From positions 38,616 through 102,615 of the forward strand of contig JBAROV010000088.1 in assembly GCA_049642465.1 (NCBI GenBank): 64,000 bases of DNA, given 5' to 3'. Positions 63,929 through 64,000 of the stretch are shown piece after piece; position 1 is the first letter of the stretch, and each line of letters starts with the position of its first letter. This stretch comes from Vicinamibacterales bacterium (lineage in GTDB: Bacteria; Acidobacteriota; Vicinamibacteria; Vicinamibacterales; 2-12-FULL-66-21). The notes beneath the pieces were generated by a model. That model saw only the letters and a list, made by a program, of their open reading frames with translations, was not told where the DNA came from and did not search any database. A program made the position numbers and the translations under genes.

Positions 63929-64000
63929 GATGCTGAACGAAGAATCGCCGAGCGCAGAGTGCAGATTCGCAGATTGGATTGTCAGACCAGCCCGCTATTC

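Overview
High-GC (~65%) chromosomal segment, most likely from an Acidobacteria-type soil bacterium. The pointers are two ADOP-type duplicated-FtsX ABC permeases (one coupled to a PadR regulator), a PSCyt/PSD1 (DUF1549/DUF1553) giant protein paired with a DUF1501 protein, Tat-signal Gfo/Idh/MocA oxidoreductases, two eukaryotic-like Ser/Thr kinases with TPR and TolB-like beta-propeller tails, and BACON-repeat and ApbE/DoxX periplasmic modules. Gene density is high, with about 55 protein genes, 2 tRNAs (Val-TAC, Asp-GTC) and no rRNA or CRISPR. The clearly housekeeping or known genes are NhaA, UbiB/ABC1 kinase, a DEAD-box helicase, two sulfatases, SpmA/SpmB, UspA, CBS-pair proteins, a metallophosphoesterase, a flotillin-like SPFH protein, a LysM-L,D-transpeptidase, c-type cytochromes, a GNAT, a PEBP/YbhB and a dodecin. 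Five things stand out. (1) A minus-strand operon 34690->29723 encodes an AsnB/beta-lactam-synthetase-like amidoligase with a degenerate glutaminase domain, a CX3CX2C radical SAM enzyme, a tryptophan-halogenase-fold FAD enzyme and an amidohydrolase. It is preceded by dienelactone-hydrolase and BON-domain genes and is a candidate uncharacterised biosynthetic or modification system. (2) An interspersed family of 7-bp-periodic GAYTGNN tandem-repeat elements is present at five or more intergenic loci, often at gene 3-prime ends and next to both tRNAs. (3) Two tandem ~141-bp MITE-like palindromic elements with 18-19-bp terminal inverted repeats abut the start codon of an enolase-superfamily plus MetE-like operon. 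(4) The Ser/Thr-kinase neighbourhood contains a secreted atypical kinase-like protein and a divergently encoded OmpR-FHA regulator. (5) A degraded, lower-GC, pseudogene-rich 1.6-kb zone lies next to tRNA-Asp. The ORF track omitted a real partial gene at the left edge (1..1514, minus) because its stop lies outside the window. Many long ORFs in the track are GC-rich antisense shadows. All calls are by eye from motifs. No database searches were run.
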